Positions 26,813 to 28,724 of a stretch of 28,724 nt of DNA are shown piece by piece. Below the pieces are notes generated by a model, which saw nothing but the letters and a program-made list of their open reading frames with translations, made no database searches and was not told the DNA's origin. Source of the stretch: Candidatus Latescibacterota bacterium (GTDB lineage: Bacteria; Latescibacterota; UBA2968); assembly GCA_038279365.1 (NCBI GenBank), contig JAYODI010000009.1, forward strand, positions 93,475 through 122,198. Direction: 5' to 3'. The translations under genes and the position numbers were made by a program. Each line of letters opens with the position of its first letter. The first letter of the stretch is position 1.

Positions 26813-28636
26813 TTATGCCCCACAAGGCCCATTGCCAATGGCAAAAATATTATTCGGGTCCATTGCCAACTTCACCTTGCGCATAACATCAAGACTGTTT
26901 TGTGTTTGAATCTGTGGCAAAAAGCTTTGTCGAATCTTACCAATACCGTGATGATGTGAAAGCGATCCACCATTGTCCAAAATCACTTGTCGCAATTGGT
27001 GTTCAATCTTGTGATAAATCTCATCGGCCTTGTCCAAACCTTGTCCACTAAAACCCATCGTAAAATAAATGCAAACACCCGTGTGATACGTTTGCGTCAC
27101 CCGATAAGACAAATAGGGCTTACCCGCAATACCGTTTTTTTCACACGCCTCAAATAGCGTCTTTTCAACCGCCTGCGTCACCTTCAAAATATTGGTCCAC
27201 GGCACAGACGTTTCAAACGTTTCGCCCAAAATGTGAAACTGATTAAAAAAGTCGCGAATATAAGCAATGCCAAACGTCAGCATATACCCCCGCTGACCAT
27301 TGCTTGCCCCACCCGAAATGCCCCCAAATTGTTTGGCCAATGAAAAAATTGTCTTGTTCTGTTGTGCCACCTCTTGAGGCGTGCCTTCCATCACAATGGT
27401 ACATGCCACAATTTTTTTCAGATCAAACCCTTTGACCGAAAACAACACAAACCGCTGAATTTTCTGCTCTATTTTTTTCAAACCTTCAGGGGCTGGTTTC
27501 AGCGCCTGACCAAATCGAAACTCATTGTTATTCACCAGCCGAATACTCGCCGGAATCTGACCCGTTTGTCGCAAAGCTTTTAAAAACTTCACACCATTTT
27601 CAAATTGCGGAAACACCAGAGATCCAAACTTGCGCACCTGAGGCAGCTTATTAATTTTCATCACGGCCTTGGTGATAATGCCAAAGTTTCCTTCACTGCC
27701 AAACAATAGGGCGCGTGGTGGCACGCCCGTCGCATTGCGTGGTGTGGCGTGTTTGGTTTCTACCTCACCCGTGGGTGTAATCAAGGTGGCTTCTAACACA
27801 ATGTCTTCAATATTGCCGTAGCGATTTTTCTTCATCCCACTGGCATTGGTTGCAATCCACCCACCCAAAGTCGAAAACTCCAAACTGTCAGGATCATGCC
27901 CCGACGTATATCCCTTGGCATTTAAGGCATTTTCCAACTGCTTGCCCGAAATACCCGCCTCAACACACGCTTGAAAATTCTCTTCGTCCAACCACACAAT
28001 CGCCTTCATTCTGCGCATGTCCACAGAAGCCACAAATCGCGTTTCTGATGTCGGAATCGCCAATGCCCCACTCACATTTGTACCGCCCCCATAAGGCACC
28101 AATACCACATTATGTTCATTGGCCAATTGAATAATCGTTTGCACATCTTCTTCACGTTCAGGATACACCACCAAATCGACCAAACGCTCAGGTGGACGAT
28201 CATACAACACCCGATAAATCTCATCCACACTCAACTGGCCGTGGCTATGAACCAAGCGGTCTTGATCGTCTTGCGACACTTGATCATCATTGAGCACCTG
28301 TTTTATAGCCAACAAAAATTCTTCGTGAGACAAAGGTTCAGGCAAATTTTCATGTTTTACCTCTTTGCCCATATCTTCTTGCCGAATGGGGATTTGTAAT
28401 ACCTCTTCTACAAACGGCACAAAATAAGGCATATCAAATCCACAAATCGGATACCGATTTCCCGTCACCCGCACCGTGCGATCATTCACAAACTCAAACC
28501 GTGTATCGGTATACCCCCACTTATGTGCAAACTGCTCACCCTCCGACCGATCAAAAAATTCAACATCCTCGGCGTGTGCACGTTTGGCAAAAGCCAAAAC
28601 GATAAATGTGATCAACAACAAAATCAATAGCACCAT
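26813..28636 (-). CDS. Alkyldihydroxyacetonephosphate synthase (AGPS/ADPS)-like FAD flavoenzyme with an N-terminal hydrophobic segment
   Basis: WGYTDT.F, PYGGGTNVS, GHDPDSLEFSTLGGWIATNASGMKKNRYGNIED, PASIRL, GETFETSVPW, RVTQTY..GVCIYF, SLSHHHGIGKIR, DPNNIF. AGGAG RBS. Confidence 0.9.
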   Translation of the reverse strand: MVLLILLLITFIVLAFAKRAHAEDVEFFDRSEGEQFAHKWGYTDTRFEFVNDRTVRVTGNRYPICGFDMPYFVPFVEEVLQIPIRQEDMGKEVKHENLPEPLSHEEFLLAIKQVLNDDQVSQDDQDRLVHSHGQLSVDEIYRVLYDRPPERLVDLVVYPEREEDVQTIIQLANEHNVVLVPYGGGTNVSGALAIPTSETRFVASVDMRRMKAIVWLDEENFQACVEAGISGKQLENALNAKGYTSGHDPDSLEFSTLGGWIATNASGMKKNRYGNIEDIVLEATLITPTGEVETKHATPRNATGVPPRALLFGSEGNFGIITKAVMKINKLPQVRKFGSLVFPQFENGVKFLKALRQTGQIPASIRLVNNNEFRFGQALKPAPEGLKKIEQKIQRFVLFSVKGFDLKKIVACTIVMEGTPQEVAQQNKTIFSLAKQFGGISGGASNGQRGYMLTFGIAYIRDFFNQFHILGETFETSVPWTNILKVTQAVEKTLFEACEKNGIAGKPYLSYRVTQTYHTGVCIYFTMGFSGQGLDKADEIYHKIEHQLRQVILDNGGSLSHHHGIGKIRQSFLPQIQTQNSLDVMRKVKLAMDPNNIFAIGNGPCGA

Positions 28637-28651
28637 TTTTAACTCCTAAAT

Positions 28652-28724
28652 CGAATAGACGCAGGCTACAACGAGCGTAGCGAGTAATAGACGAATAGAC
28701 GCACAGCCGCAGGCTACAACGAGC
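28652..28724. repeat. Short direct repeats, REP-like, truncated at window end
   Basis: CGCAGGCTACAACGAGC at 28660 and 28708; CGAATAGACGCA at 28652 and 28692. Confidence 0.6.

Noticed and set aside
683-28399. Remaining short antisense or alternate-frame ORFs in the track
   Set aside because: All lie within well-supported genes and show no family motifs; treated as shadow ORFs.
26813-28636. Generic GlcD/D-lactate dehydrogenase call
   Set aside because: It has HHHG rather than GEHG, plus the AGPS-specific SGMKKN.YGNIED and WGY.D motifs.
28652-28724. CRISPR array start
   Set aside because: The repeat is only 17 nt, the 'spacer' is itself repetitive, and no cas genes are nearby.

Overview
Bacterial chromosomal window, about 47% GC by eye, gene-dense. 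PorV, a T9SS C-terminal-domain protein and a C-terminal double EF-hand 'DFxxF' tag suggest an FCB-superphylum organism, most like Latescibacterota; this taxonomy is inference. Left to right: (1) a trpE-G-D-C-F operon on the minus strand that runs off the left edge, preceded by a sigma70 promoter, an unannotated 25-aa leader peptide (W-Y-W...FYYY) and a complete attenuator. (2) CtpA, a minimal FtsX permease and an ABC ATPase. (3) A YyaL-like lipoprotein, an RmlD-like reductase and a GT2. (4) A Trm112-family protein. (5) A plus-strand envelope/secretion cluster: PorV, an M6-like pseudo-protease with FG-GAP repeats and a T9SS CTD, a zincin-TolB-Omp85 fusion, two paralogous membrane proteins, and an M30-like peptidase with a dockerin-like tail. 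(6) A HicA remnant and an MNT-HEPN toxin-antitoxin pair. (7) An orphan MacB-type ATPase with a sigma54 promoter and tandem enhancer sites. (8) The most interesting part: a eukaryote-like alkyl-DHAP synthase (AGPS), a DHRS7B-like NADP-type SDR and a DAG-kinase-family lipid kinase, which together look like a peroxisome-type ether-lipid module. Several structured or palindromic intergenic repeats are present. I saw no rRNA, tRNA, CRISPR array or transposase. All family calls come from motifs I recognise, not from database searches.
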